From contig JAFSNB010000037.1 of the NCBI GenBank assembly GCA_017447625.1, positions 1,630 to 65,629 of the forward strand: a stretch of 64,000 nucleotides of DNA, given 5' to 3'. Below are positions 48,981-57,395 of this stretch, in pieces. The notes beneath the pieces were generated by a model that was not told where the DNA came from, did not search any database, and saw only the letters and a program-made list of their open reading frames with translations. The stretch is from Bacteroidaceae bacterium (GTDB lineage: Bacteria; Bacteroidota; Bacteroidia; Bacteroidales; Bacteroidaceae). Each line of letters opens with the position of its first letter. Within the stretch, counting starts at the first letter, position 1. A program made the translations under genes and the position numbers.

Positions 48981-51900
48981 ATGAGAACAAAAGCCTTTCT
49001 TACCCTTGCTTTGTGTTTGCTGCCATTCGCAGGCAGTGCGCAGAACCCCTTCGGCAAAGCCCTCGTGCCCGACATGATAGCAGATGCCAGCATCGAGCTT
49101 ATCGGTGACACCTTCTATTGCTTTGCTACCACCGATGGCTATGGCCGCGGGCTGGAGACTTCGGGCCCGCCCGTGGTGTGGAAGTCAAAGGACTTCCTCC
49201 ATTGGAGTTTCGACGGAGTCTGTTTCCCATCGGCTGCCACAGAGAAGTTCTGGGCACCAAGCAAAGCCGTTGAGCGCGGCGGTCGCTGGTATCTCTATCC
49301 CACGGTGAACGGTTTTATGCACGTAGCTGTGGCAGATAAACCCGACGGCCCTTACCGCTTGGCACGCGGCGCGGACAAATTTGAGAAGCCCTTTACACCC
49401 GCCTCCACTCTGCTTCAGGGTAAGGATCGCGGCGGCATAGACACAGAGGTCTTCATTGATGACGACGGTCAGGCATACGTATTCTGGGGAATGCGCCACG
49501 TAGCGAAGCTTGCGGAAGATATGGTCACAGTTAGCGACATCAAGACTTTGGAGACGCGCCGTAAGGAGTATAGCGAAGGCCCGATCTTCTTCAAGCGCAA
49601 GGGGATATATTATTATCTCTACACTATCGGCGGTGACGAGAACTACGAGTATTATTATATGATGAGTCGCACGTCGCCTTTCGGCCCGTACGAGACACCC
49701 AAGCACGACCTCGTATCCACGACCGACGTTGAGCGTGGAGTCTTCGGCCCGGGCCATGGGTGTGTGTTCAACGACGGAGACAACTATTACTTCGCTTTTC
49801 TGGAGTTCGGCCGCAACAGCACCAACCGCCAGACATATGTCAACAAGATGGAATTCAACGAGGACGGGACGATACGTCAGGTGCGAGTCTCGTTAGACGG
49901 CGTCGGGGCTCTCCGACACGAGAGCGGCAACCGCGAACTGCGCCCCGTATCCATCACAGCTTCCAGCACAATGGAGCCAAAGAAGATACGCTATTTCAAC
50001 GACCGTCGTTGCGACCGCACCGAGCGTTTCGATGCCGCCTTTGCCATAGACGGAGCCAACGGCTCGCGCTGGATGAGCGTAAATGCGGATTCCGCTACAT
50101 CTAACTGGTTGATGATAGATCTCGGCAAAAGCATGAAAATTAGTAGCAGCGAGATTGCTTTTGTCCGTCCTACGGCTGGCCACGCCTACGTTCTCGAAGG
50201 CTCTCAGGACGGCGTGAAATGGAAACGCTGCGGAGGTCACGCCGACGTGCAGCTACGTTCACCCCACACCGATAATATAAACAAAGCCTTCCGATACCTG
50301 CGCGTCACCATAACCAAGGGTGTGCAGGGCGTCTGGGAGTGGCGCGTACTTGGCGATCAGCCCATAGACCCCCGCTATGCATCTAACCAGCCCACTGTGC
50401 GCTGGGGCGATTGGCAGATTTGGGGAGAAGTCCCCCAGGCGCAGCAGCTCCCCTCCATTACGTACCGCAACCCCGTAATCCCAGCCGACTACAGCGACCT
50501 CGACTGCATCCGCGTAGGTGATGACTACTATGCCATCAGTTCCACGATGCAGTTCTCGCCCGGGATGTCAATCCTGCACTCGCGCGACCTCGTCAACTGG
50601 GAGATTGCTGGCAACGCCGTAGCTGACCTCACACAAATCTCTCCAGCCCTCAGTTGGAAGGAGATGGACCGCTACGGACGCGGTATTTGGGCAGGCACCC
50701 TGCGTCACCACAACGGCCGCTTCTATCTTTTCTTCGGTGCACCCAACGAGGGCTATTTCATGACTTCAGCCGAGAAAGCCGAGGGGCCGTGGGAGCCGCT
50801 TACGACGCTTCTTGCCGAAGAGGGCTGGGACGACTGCACTGCCATCTGGGATGAGCAAGGAAAGGCTTGGTTTGCAGGCACCTGTTTCCGCGATGGTTAC
50901 AAGACATACATCTTCCGCATGTCCGACGATGCCAAGAGCATAGACCGCGCCAGCGCACGTCTGGTAAACGAAGGTAACGGGCGCGAGGCCAGCAAACTGA
51001 TATACCACGATGGTTACTATTATCTGATATTTAGCGAACACCGCGGGGGCATAGGCCGTTATGTTATGGCTAAGCGCGACCGCAAGATGACGGGGAAGTT
51101 CAATGAGGAGCGTCAGCTGCTGCTCCCCTGTGTTGAATCCAACGAACCTAATCAGGGCGGCGTAATCCTCGGTCCAGATGATAAGTGGTATTTCCTGACT
51201 CATCACGGCTCGGGCGACTGGAGCGGACGCATAGTCAGTCTCTTGCCCGTAGAGTGGTACGAGGGTTGGCCTATGATGGGAAACACCTCTGGCGGACAGC
51301 CCGGCTCAATGGTTTGGGAGGCAAGAATAGAGAAAAGAGAAGAAGAGAAAAAATTATATCTCCAGCGCAGCGACGAGTTCGACGGGACTTATCAGTTATC
51401 CTCTTCCTCACAGGTTCTCTCCCCCCCACGGGGAGAGTCGGAGAGGGGCCTCTCCCCTCAGTGGCAATGGAACTACCAGCCGCGTACGGAGATGTTCTCT
51501 CTCACCGAACGTCCCGGATGGCTTCGTCTGAAAGCTTTCCGTCCACTGGAGAACGATAAGCTGCTGAAGGCTGGCAACACCATCACACAGCGTTCCTTCC
51601 GTTCGCGTCACAACGAAGTCACCGTCCGCATAGATATCAGCTGCATGGCCGACGGTCAGCACGCCGGACTAACACATTTCGCCAGCGAGTCAGGCTGTCT
51701 CGGTCTGGTGTGCGAGAATGGAAAGACATATATTGAACGCCGTCATAACGACCACGCAGAACGTGGTGCCGAAGTCAGTTGCCAGTACATCTGGTTACGC
51801 TCCACGTGGGGGCTCGACGGTCGTTCGCGCTTCTCCTACAGTACCGACGGCGACCGCTTCGTCCCCTGCAATGACTACCATCTCTCTTGGGGCTTCTATC

Positions 51901-51989
51901 GCGGCGACCGCATTGGCATCTATTGCTACAATAACCTCTCCGACACCGGCTTCATCGACATCGACTACTTTCATTATCAAATGAAATAA
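48981..51989 (+). CDS. Tandem GH43-discoidin-GH43-lectin-like multidomain glycoside hydrolase with repeat-encoded insertion
   Basis: Two GH43 N-terminal signatures (DASIELIGDTFYCFATTDG and YRNPVIPADYSDLDCIRVGDDYYAISSTMQFSPGMSILHSRDLVNWE). An F5/8-type C-like segment AFAIDGANGSRWMS. The insertion is ..[19 protein letters not shown]. Confidence 0.85.
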   Translation: MRTKAFLTLALCLLPFAGSAQNPFGKALVPDMIADASIELIGDTFYCFATTDGYGRGLETSGPPVVWKSKDFLHWSFDGVCFPSAATEKFWAPSKAVERGGRWYLYPTVNGFMHVAVADKPDGPYRLARGADKFEKPFTPASTLLQGKDRGGIDTEVFIDDDGQAYVFWGMRHVAKLAEDMVTVSDIKTLETRRKEYSEGPIFFKRKGIYYYLYTIGGDENYEYYYMMSRTSPFGPYETPKHDLVSTTDVERGVFGPGHGCVFNDGDNYYFAFLEFGRNSTNRQTYVNKMEFNEDGTIRQVRVSLDGVGALRHESGNRELRPVSITASSTMEPKKIRYFNDRRCDRTERFDAAFAIDGANGSRWMSVNADSATSNWLMIDLGKSMKISSSEIAFVRPTAGHAYVLEGSQDGVKWKRCGGHADVQLRSPHTDNINKAFRYLRVTITKGVQGVWEWRVLGDQPIDPRYASNQPTVRWGDWQIWGEVPQAQQLPSITYRNPVIPADYSDLDCIRVGDDYYAISSTMQFSPGMSILHSRDLVNWEIAGNAVADLTQISPALSWKEMDRYGRGIWAGTLRHHNGRFYLFFGAPNEGYFMTSAEKAEGPWEPLTTLLAEEGWDDCTAIWDEQGKAWFAGTCFRDGYKTYIFRMSDDAKSIDRASARLVNEGNGREASKLIYHDGYYYLIFSEHRGGIGRYVMAKRDRKMTGKFNEERQLLLPCVESNEPNQGGVILGPDDKWYFLTHHGSGDWSGRIVSLLPVEWYEGWPMMGNTSGGQPGSMVWEARIEKREEEKKLYLQRSDEFDGTYQLSSSSQVLSPPRGESERGLSPQWQWNYQPRTEMFSLTERPGWLRLKAFRPLENDKLLKAGNTITQRSFRSRHNEVTVRIDISCMADGQHAGLTHFASESGCLGLVCENGKTYIERRHNDHAERGAEVSCQYIWLRSTWGLDGRSRFSYSTDGDRFVPCNDYHLSWGFYRGDRIGIYCYNNLSDTGFIDIDYFHYQMK
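51415..51459. repeat. GC hairpin element in frame within the double-GH43 gene
   Basis: TTCTCTCCCCCCCACGGGGAGAGTCGGAGAGGGGCCTCTCCCCTC encodes [13 protein letters not shown]. Confidence 0.85.
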
Positions 51990-51993
51990 AAGA

Positions 51994-52140
51994 GGACTCT
52001 CCCCCCTGCCCCTCCCTGGAGGGAGGGGAGTAATTAGAAGACAAGAAGTGATAACAGGGCGCAAATTATGAATTATGCATTATGCATTATGAATTAACAA
52101 AGTGCAGCCCCAATTATGAATTATGAATTGTGAATTATGA
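51994..52140. repeat. Spacer composed of one GGACTCTCCCCCC...CCTCCCT-GGAG-GGAGGGGAG arm (51994-52030) and ATTATGA/C heptamer arrays (about 52066-52140)
   Basis: Read directly. The ltaE start codon lies in the last heptamers. Confidence 0.8.
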
Positions 52141-53228
52141 ATTCAAATAACCTCGTTCATTTAGAAAGTGACTACAACAACGGGGCGCACGAGGCTGTGC
52201 TTCAACATCTGATTGAGACTAACGACGAGCGCACTCAGAGCTACGGCGACGACCGCTTCAGCAACAGTGCGCGTGAACTGATACGTGAGGTCTGCGAAGC
52301 GTCCGAGGCAGAGATTTTCTTCCTCGCTGGCGGCACGCAGACCAATGCCACCATCCTGGACTGTGTGTTGCAGCCCTACGAGGGCGTGCTGTGCTGCGAC
52401 ACCGCACATATCAATGTCCACGAGTCCGGGGCTGTGGAATTTACAGGCCACAAGGTGATCGCCCTGCCCGGAGAGGATGGCAAGCTTAGCGCAGACACCT
52501 TGCGTGAGTGGCTTGATGCCTATTTCGTTGACGAGACAGCAGAACACATGGTTCGTCCGGGAGCCGTCTATATCACTTTCCCCACGGAACTTGGCACCCT
52601 CTATACAGCTGACGAACTGAAGGCACTGAGCCAGATCTGCCACAGCCGCGACCTCCTGCTCTATGTCGATGGAGCTCGTCTGGCATACGGGCTTGCTGCC
52701 AGCCCGGATGTGACTCTGCCTTTTTTGGCGCGTACAGCTGACATCTTCTACATCGGAGGCACTAAATGCGGAGCCCTATGCGGCGAGGCTGTGGTCTTCC
52801 CCAAAGGGAACACACCCAGTCACATGCTCAGTCGCATCAAACGTCACGGCTCGCTGCTGGCCAAGAGCCGCGTTGTTGGAGTCCAGTTCGATGCGTTGTT
52901 CAGCCAAACTGAAAAATGGTCAATGTTCAATGGCCAATGTTCAATGATTATTTACTTGGCTCTCGGCCGTCACGCCGTGCAGCTTGCAATGCGTCTGCGC
53001 CGCCTCTTCGTGGAGCGTCTTGGCTACAAGCCCTTTATAGACTCGCCCACAAACCAGCAGTTCTACGTTATCCCCAACTCCGATCTGGACGCCCTGCGCC
53101 AGCATATCGGCTTCGAGGTCTGGTGTCCCGTATCTCCCACCCACACCGCCTGCCGCTTCGTCACCAGTTGGGCTACTTCAGAAGAGGAAATTGAAACTCT
53201 GGAAAAGGAACTCGTCAATAATCTCTAA
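52137..53228 (+). CDS. ltaE: Low-specificity L-threonine aldolase family (PLP-dependent beta-eliminating lyase fold) with repeat-encoded insertion
   Basis: LESDYNNGAHEAVLQHL...QSYGDD....AGGTQTNATILD...CCDTAHINVHESGA is a threonine aldolase-like pattern. The insertion QTEKWSMFNGQCSMII sits at 52908-52955. Confidence 0.75.
   Translation: MNSNNLVHLESDYNNGAHEAVLQHLIETNDERTQSYGDDRFSNSARELIREVCEASEAEIFFLAGGTQTNATILDCVLQPYEGVLCCDTAHINVHESGAVEFTGHKVIALPGEDGKLSADTLREWLDAYFVDETAEHMVRPGAVYITFPTELGTLYTADELKALSQICHSRDLLLYVDGARLAYGLAASPDVTLPFLARTADIFYIGGTKCGALCGEAVVFPKGNTPSHMLSRIKRHGSLLAKSRVVGVQFDALFSQTEKWSMFNGQCSMIIYLALGRHAVQLAMRLRRLFVERLGYKPFIDSPTNQQFYVIPNSDLDALRQHIGFEVWCPVSPTHTACRFVTSWATSEEEIETLEKELVNNL
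52908..52955. repeat. In-frame heptamer-type insertion (half copy of the 45-bp element family) in ltaE
   Basis: CTGAAAAATGGTCAATGTTCAATGGCCAATGTTCAATGATT shares GAAAAATGGTCAATGTTCAATGG with 63520-63545 (reverse complement). Confidence 0.8.
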
Positions 53229-53268
53229 ATCTTACTTGCCAATCTTCACAAATAGAAGAGCTTGACCG

Positions 53269-54384
53269 TTAAAAGGCGATGGGTTTGAGGCGGAGACCGG
53301 TGTCTTCGGGAAGACCGAACATGAGGTTCATGTTCTGGAGGGCTTGGCCGCTGGCGCCTTTGAGGAGGTTGTCTATTATGCTGGTGACGAGAAGTTTGTT
53401 CTCGTATTTTTCGATGTGGACGAGGGCTTTGTTGGTGTTCACCACCTGCTTCAGGTCTATGTCGTGATCGATATAGTGAGTGAAGGCGGCATCGGCGTAG
53501 AAGTGGCGGTAGAGGTCTGCCACAGCGTCCTCGGAGCTGTCCTCGTTCAGGCGGACGAGCTCTGTGCAGAAGATGCCTCGTGGGAAGTCGCCGCGATAGG
53601 GGATGAAGTCTATGGCGGCGCTGAACTCGGGCTGCAGTTGTGTGAGCGATTGGCGGATTTCTGCGAGATGCTGATGTCGGAAAGGCTTGTAGATGCTCAG
53701 GTTACCGGTGCGCCACGAGAAATGGGTGGTTGCAGCGGGCTTCACGCCTGCGCCGGTTGAGCCGGTGATAGCGTTTACGCTGATGTCGGAGGTGAGCAGA
53801 CCTGCAGCTGCCAGCGGGAGGAGTCCGAGCTGGATGGCTGTGGCGAAGCAGCCCGGGTTAGCCACGAAACGAGCCTTGCGTATTTCCTCACGATTGAGTT
53901 CGGGCAAACCATATATCCAATTCATAATTGGTAATTCATAATTCTTAATTTCCTGGCGGGATGCATCGTGCAACCCAGATTGTGAAATTACCCTAAAATC
54001 TTGTGCGAGGTCGATTATGCGGACGTGGTCCGGGATGTTGTGTTCGCGCAGGAACTGCTCGCTCTTACCGTGCCCGAAACAGAAGAAGAGCACATCAACG
54101 GCGTCAAAGGGCATCTCTGCGGTGAAGCGCAGGTCGGATTCGCCGAGAAGACCCTCGTGGACGTCAGCCACAGGGTTCCCGGCGTTGGACTCGCTGTTTG
54201 CAAACACAATCTCTGCCTCGGGGTGATTCAGCAGCAGGCGGATAAGCTCTCCGCCCGTGTAGCCTGCCGCCCCGAGAAGGCCGACTTTGATGACGGACTC
54301 TCCCCCCAAGGACTCTCCCCCCGCCCTCCCTTGTAGGGAGGGAGCAGAATGAGTTTGGCTGGATGAGTTCTCTTTATGACTCAT
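53269..54384 (-). CDS. argC: N-acetyl-gamma-glutamyl-phosphate reductase with repeat-encoded N-terminal extension and internal insertion
   Basis: GAAGYTGGELIRLLLNHPE (NAD-binding motif) and NPGCFATAIQLGLLPL (active-site Cys). The only in-frame start is the ATG at 54384, inside or next to the repeat. Confidence 0.9.
   Translation of the reverse strand: MSHKENSSSQTHSAPSLQGRAGGESLGGESVIKVGLLGAAGYTGGELIRLLLNHPEAEIVFANSESNAGNPVADVHEGLLGESDLRFTAEMPFDAVDVLFFCFGHGKSEQFLREHNIPDHVRIIDLAQDFRVISQSGLHDASRQEIKNYELPIMNWIYGLPELNREEIRKARFVANPGCFATAIQLGLLPLAAAGLLTSDISVNAITGSTGAGVKPAATTHFSWRTGNLSIYKPFRHQHLAEIRQSLTQLQPEFSAAIDFIPYRGDFPRGIFCTELVRLNEDSSEDAVADLYRHFYADAAFTHYIDHDIDLKQVVNTNKALVHIEKYENKLLVTSIIDNLLKGASGQALQNMNLMFGLPEDTGLRLKPIAF
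53919..53985. repeat. About 66-bp AT-rich intergenic-type repeat inserted in frame inside argC
   Basis: The reverse complement GATGCATCCCGCCAGGAAATTAAGAATTATGAATTACCAATTATGAATTGG aligns with the intergenic GATACATCCCGCCAGGCAATTATGCAATATGAATTAATAATTATGAATTGA at 58488-58540. Confidence 0.8.
54295..54365. repeat. GGACTCTCCCCCC (x2) plus CTCCCT-TGTA-GGGAG hairpin arm, encoding the ArgC N-terminal extension
   Basis: GGACTCTCCCCCCAAGGACTCTCCCCCCGCCCTCCCTTGTAGGGAGGGAGCAGAATGAGTTTGGCTGGATG belongs to the same family as 5989-6050. Confidence 0.85.
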
Positions 54385-54416
54385 TTTACATTAAACGTTA
54401 AACATTAAACTTTAAA

Positions 54417-55658
54417 CTATCGCTCCTCGTCTTTATGAATTCCGTAATAAACGCGGAGGGGGGTGGAGAGAACTTTGATGAAGCCCTTGGCCTCGTCAGC
54501 AGTCCATCCCGTCTGTGTCTCGCCGTATTCTCCGAGCTTGGATTTGGTGAGGTCGTTGACGGAATCCACGCCTACTGTCTCGTAACCGAGCGGACGAAGT
54601 TTGAGGATGGAGGTTCCGGTGACGTTGCGCTGTGATGAGGTTAGCATAGCCTCTATATCTGGCATAACGGGCTCGAGATACTGGCTCTCGTGAAGGAACA
54701 TTCCGTACCAGTTGGCGACCTGATCCTTCCAATACTGTTGCCATTTGGAGAGGGTGGATTTCTCCAACAGGCGGTGAGCCTCGATGATGAGTTTGGGAGC
54801 TGCGGCCTCGAAGCCTACGCGTCCCTTGATGCCGATAATTGTATCGCCCACATTGGCGTCGCGGCCAATGGCATAGCTGGCGCCGATCTCCTCGATCTTC
54901 TGGATGGCTTTCACGCGGTCGTTGAAGTGTTCGCCGTTGACGCCTACAATCTCTCCGCGCTCAAATTCGATGCGGAGCAGGCTCTCGTCGGTGCGGGTGG
55001 GGTGTTTCAGATAAGCCTCTTCGGGCAGTCCCTGAGTGGCATCCAGGAGTTCGCCGCCGCAGATGCTTGTGCCCCATATACCTACGTTGTATGAATACTT
55101 CAGTTTGGCGAAATCGGCGTTGAAGCCGTGGGCGTTAAGATAATCCACTTCCTCCTTGCGGGTGAGTTTCTTGTCGCGAGTGAGGGTGATGATTTCCACT
55201 CCGGGGGCCATAACGAGGAAGGTCATGTCAAACCGTATCTGGTCGTTGCCTGCGCCTGTAGAGCCGTGGGCTATGGCGTCAGCACCGATCTCGTTGGCAT
55301 AGCGTGCTATAGCGATGGCCTGGAAGATGCGCTCGCTGCTGACGGAAATCGGGTAACAGTTGTTACGGAGCACGTTGCCGAAAATCATGTATTTCAGCGA
55401 CTTCTCATAATATTCGTGTGTGACGTCGAGGGTTACATACTTCGTGGCTCCCAGTTTGTAGGCGTTTTCCTCGTTTATGCGCAGTTGCTCAGGGCTGAAA
55501 CCTCCTGTGTTTGCGCACGCTGCGTGAACCTCATAGCCCATTTCTTTTGCCAGATACATCACGGTATAACTGGTGTCAAGCCCTCCGGAGAAGGCTACTA
55601 CTACTACTTTGGCCCCCTTTGCCCCCCGGAGGGGGGGGTTGTTTCCTGCTGTATTCAT
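54417..55658 (-). CDS. argG: Argininosuccinate synthase with repeat-encoded N-terminal residues
   Basis: VVVAFSGGLDTSY (ATP pyrophosphatase motif) and a length of about 400 aa. N-terminal MNTAGNNPPLRGAKGA is encoded by the GC hairpin at 55611-55641. Confidence 0.92.
   Translation of the reverse strand: MNTAGNNPPLRGAKGAKVVVVAFSGGLDTSYTVMYLAKEMGYEVHAACANTGGFSPEQLRINEENAYKLGATKYVTLDVTHEYYEKSLKYMIFGNVLRNNCYPISVSSERIFQAIAIARYANEIGADAIAHGSTGAGNDQIRFDMTFLVMAPGVEIITLTRDKKLTRKEEVDYLNAHGFNADFAKLKYSYNVGIWGTSICGGELLDATQGLPEEAYLKHPTRTDESLLRIEFERGEIVGVNGEHFNDRVKAIQKIEEIGASYAIGRDANVGDTIIGIKGRVGFEAAAPKLIIEAHRLLEKSTLSKWQQYWKDQVANWYGMFLHESQYLEPVMPDIEAMLTSSQRNVTGTSILKLRPLGYETVGVDSVNDLTKSKLGEYGETQTGWTADEAKGFIKVLSTPLRVYYGIHKDEER
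55611..55641. repeat. GC hairpin module (GGCCCCC..CCCCCC-GGAG-GGGGGG) at the argG 5' end
   Basis: GGCCCCCTTTGCCCCCCGGAGGGGGGGGTTG. Related to 39612-39650, 26009-26045 and 56041-56075. Confidence 0.8.
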
Positions 55659-56074
55659 AGGTGTTGTTTTATCTTATTAATAACTAAGTTAATGTTTCCG
55701 ATTATTTCGTCATTACTAAAACGTATGACTTTAAGTCCTTGAGATTCTAACCATTGTGTGCGTTCTGCATCGCTGACTTGTTGTTCAGGTAACTGATGAT
55801 ATCCCCCATCTACCTCAATAACAAGTTTGCGTGAGAGGCAGACAAAGTCTGCAATGAATTGTCCAATTATCTGTTGTCTTCTGAAGGATGCGCCTAAATT
55901 CCTTTCTTTAATGTATTCCCACAATATACTTTCAGCTTGTGTCTGGTTCTTCCGGTTTTTATCAGCCAAATCCTTCAACAATGCGTATGTTGCACAATCC
56001 GCAGTTTGGTATAGTGGTTTCCGAAATAACTCATCTGGCTGATCGCCCCCCCTCTGGGGGGCTAAGGGGGGCAT
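55655..56074 (-). CDS. DUF559 (Vsr/MutH-fold) endonuclease-domain protein inserted in the arg operon
   Basis: QAESILWEYIKERNLGASFRRQQIIGQFIADFVCLSRKLVIEVDGGYH...ERTQWLESQGLKVIRFSNDEI is the DUF559 signature. The segment is AT-rich. The start is taken at MPPL (56074). An ATGA overlap with the argG start lies at 55655-55658. Confidence 0.7.
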   Translation of the reverse strand: MPPLAPQRGGDQPDELFRKPLYQTADCATYALLKDLADKNRKNQTQAESILWEYIKERNLGASFRRQQIIGQFIADFVCLSRKLVIEVDGGYHQLPEQQVSDAERTQWLESQGLKVIRFSNDEIIGNINLVINKIKQHL

Positions 56075-56678
56075 CCAGCTTCTTGATGCGCTCAATGACA
56101 TCCTGTGGGATTTTGGCGGGAAGGGTTTCCTGCGGGTCGAAGAGCATCGCGGTGCAGATGCAGTACTTGCGGCCGGTGCGGTGAAGCACATCCACGTTCA
56201 CGCAGCCCTCGCAGCCACGCCAGAAAGCCTCGTCGTCCGTGAGGTCGGCGAAGGTGACGGGTTTGTAGCCCAGTTCTGTGTTCATCTTCATCACAGCGGC
56301 GCCGCTGGTGAGGGAGAATATCTTCGCGTGAGGCCAGCGTGTGCGAGCCAAAGAGAAGGTCATGTCCTTGATGCGCTTGGCGATGTGGCGTCCACGGAAC
56401 TTCGGGCTCACGATGAGGCCGGAGGTGGTCACATATTGCTTGTTTCCCCAGGTCTCGATATAGCTGAAGCCGGCGAACTCGTCTTCCGAGAGAGCTATTA
56501 CGGCCTTAGCCTCGCGCATCTTCGTGGCCAGATATTCGTGGGTACGCTTGGCGATACCAGTACCACGGTCCTTGGCAGCTTCGGCGATGGTGTTCAGGAT
56601 TGTGTCGATATATTTCTCATGTTGCTCGTCAGCAATGAGAATCTGTATATCGTCTTGTGGAATTTCTATATTGTCCAT
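56031..56678 (-). CDS. GNAT-family N-acetyltransferase of the arginine cluster, with repeat-encoded C-terminus
   Basis: Acetyl-CoA motif region VSPKFRGRHIAKRIK. Its position between argR and argG is as in other Bacteroidota. The last 13 codons and the stop (DAPLSPPEGGRSAR*) lie in hairpin repeat 56041-56075 and overlap the DUF559 start. Confidence 0.75.
   Translation of the reverse strand: MDNIEIPQDDIQILIADEQHEKYIDTILNTIAEAAKDRGTGIAKRTHEYLATKMREAKAVIALSEDEFAGFSYIETWGNKQYVTTSGLIVSPKFRGRHIAKRIKDMTFSLARTRWPHAKIFSLTSGAAVMKMNTELGYKPVTFADLTDDEAFWRGCEGCVNVDVLHRTGRKYCICTAMLFDPQETLPAKIPQDVIERIKKLDAPLSPPEGGRSAR
56041..56075. repeat. GC hairpin module (CCCCCCC-TCT-GGGGGG .. GGGGGG) at the GNAT/DUF559 junction
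   Basis: GATCGCCCCCCCTCTGGGGGGCTAAGGGGGGCATCC. Confidence 0.8.
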
Positions 56679-56710
56679 GTTTTATTGTTGTGGATTTTTG
56701 GTGAAATGGG

Positions 56711-57199
56711 CTATTGAACTTGCAGTTGTCCGTAGGGGATAATCGCTGCGATGTGATCCAGTACGTCCGGGCGGCTGGCGTTTTCAGTCAGAGCTACGAA
56801 TATGGTGTCGTCTCCGGCAATTGTGCCCATAACCTCTGCGATGTTGGCGCGGTCTATGTCGTAGGCCACGTGCGAGGCGTGTCCGGGCGGTGTGTGAATC
56901 ACAGCGATGTTGCCGCTGAAGCGGATGTTCAACATGCTGAGCTGGTTTATGCGGCTGGCTGTTATGTGTGTGTCGCTGATGCGGCGGTAGCGCTGCTCAC
57001 CCGGCAACATATACGCGTACTGGCCGTCTTCGGTGAGAGCCTTGACTATGCGCATCTGCTTCAGGTCGCGGCTCAGGGTCGCCTGTGTCGATGGGAATCC
57101 GGCCTTGAACAGCTCCTGCAACAGCTCTTCCTGGTTGCTTACAGCCTGGCTCGTGATGATCATCTTTATGACTTCCTGACGTGTGTTCTTTTTGCTCAT
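56711..57199 (-). CDS. argR: Arginine repressor
   Basis: N-terminal winged helix [47 protein letters not shown] and a C-terminal oligomerisation/arginine-binding domain ([11 protein letters not shown]). Confidence 0.9.
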   Translation of the reverse strand: MSKKNTRQEVIKMIITSQAVSNQEELLQELFKAGFPSTQATLSRDLKQMRIVKALTEDGQYAYMLPGEQRYRRISDTHITASRINQLSMLNIRFSGNIAVIHTPPGHASHVAYDIDRANIAEVMGTIAGDDTIFVALTENASRPDVLDHIAAIIPYGQLQVQ

Positions 57200-57243
57200 G
57201 CGTTAGGTAGGAATTCTCAATTGTTATTTTGACAAATCGGGCG

Positions 57244-57251
57244 CAAAGGTA
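57244..57251 (-). promoter_or_regulatory. Bacteroidota -7 promoter box (TACCTTTG on minus strand) for the arg operon
   Basis: The reverse complement of CAAAGGTA, 45 nt upstream of the argR start. Confidence 0.55.
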
Positions 57252-57356
57252 ACGTTTTATTATGAATAAGCTGCATATATTTGCAGGATTTTTGTTATTT
57301 TTATGCATATTGGATATTAATAAGCGAATATTCTTCCTCATTACAATAAATTAATG

Positions 57357-57364
57357 TACCTTTG
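57357..57364 (+). promoter_or_regulatory. Bacteroidota -7 promoter box TACCTTTG for ilvE
   Basis: Matches TAnnTTTG 32 nt upstream of the ATG at 57396. Confidence 0.55.
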
Positions 57365-57395
57365 CAGCCGTTTTAGCAACCAATAATAAAAAAAT

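Noticed and set aside
56075-56191. 5' extension of the DUF559 ORF (MCFTAPAAST...)
   Set aside because: It overlaps the GNAT coding region in another frame and is Ala/Ser/Pro-rich. The DUF559 domain is fully contained downstream of the ATG at 56074.
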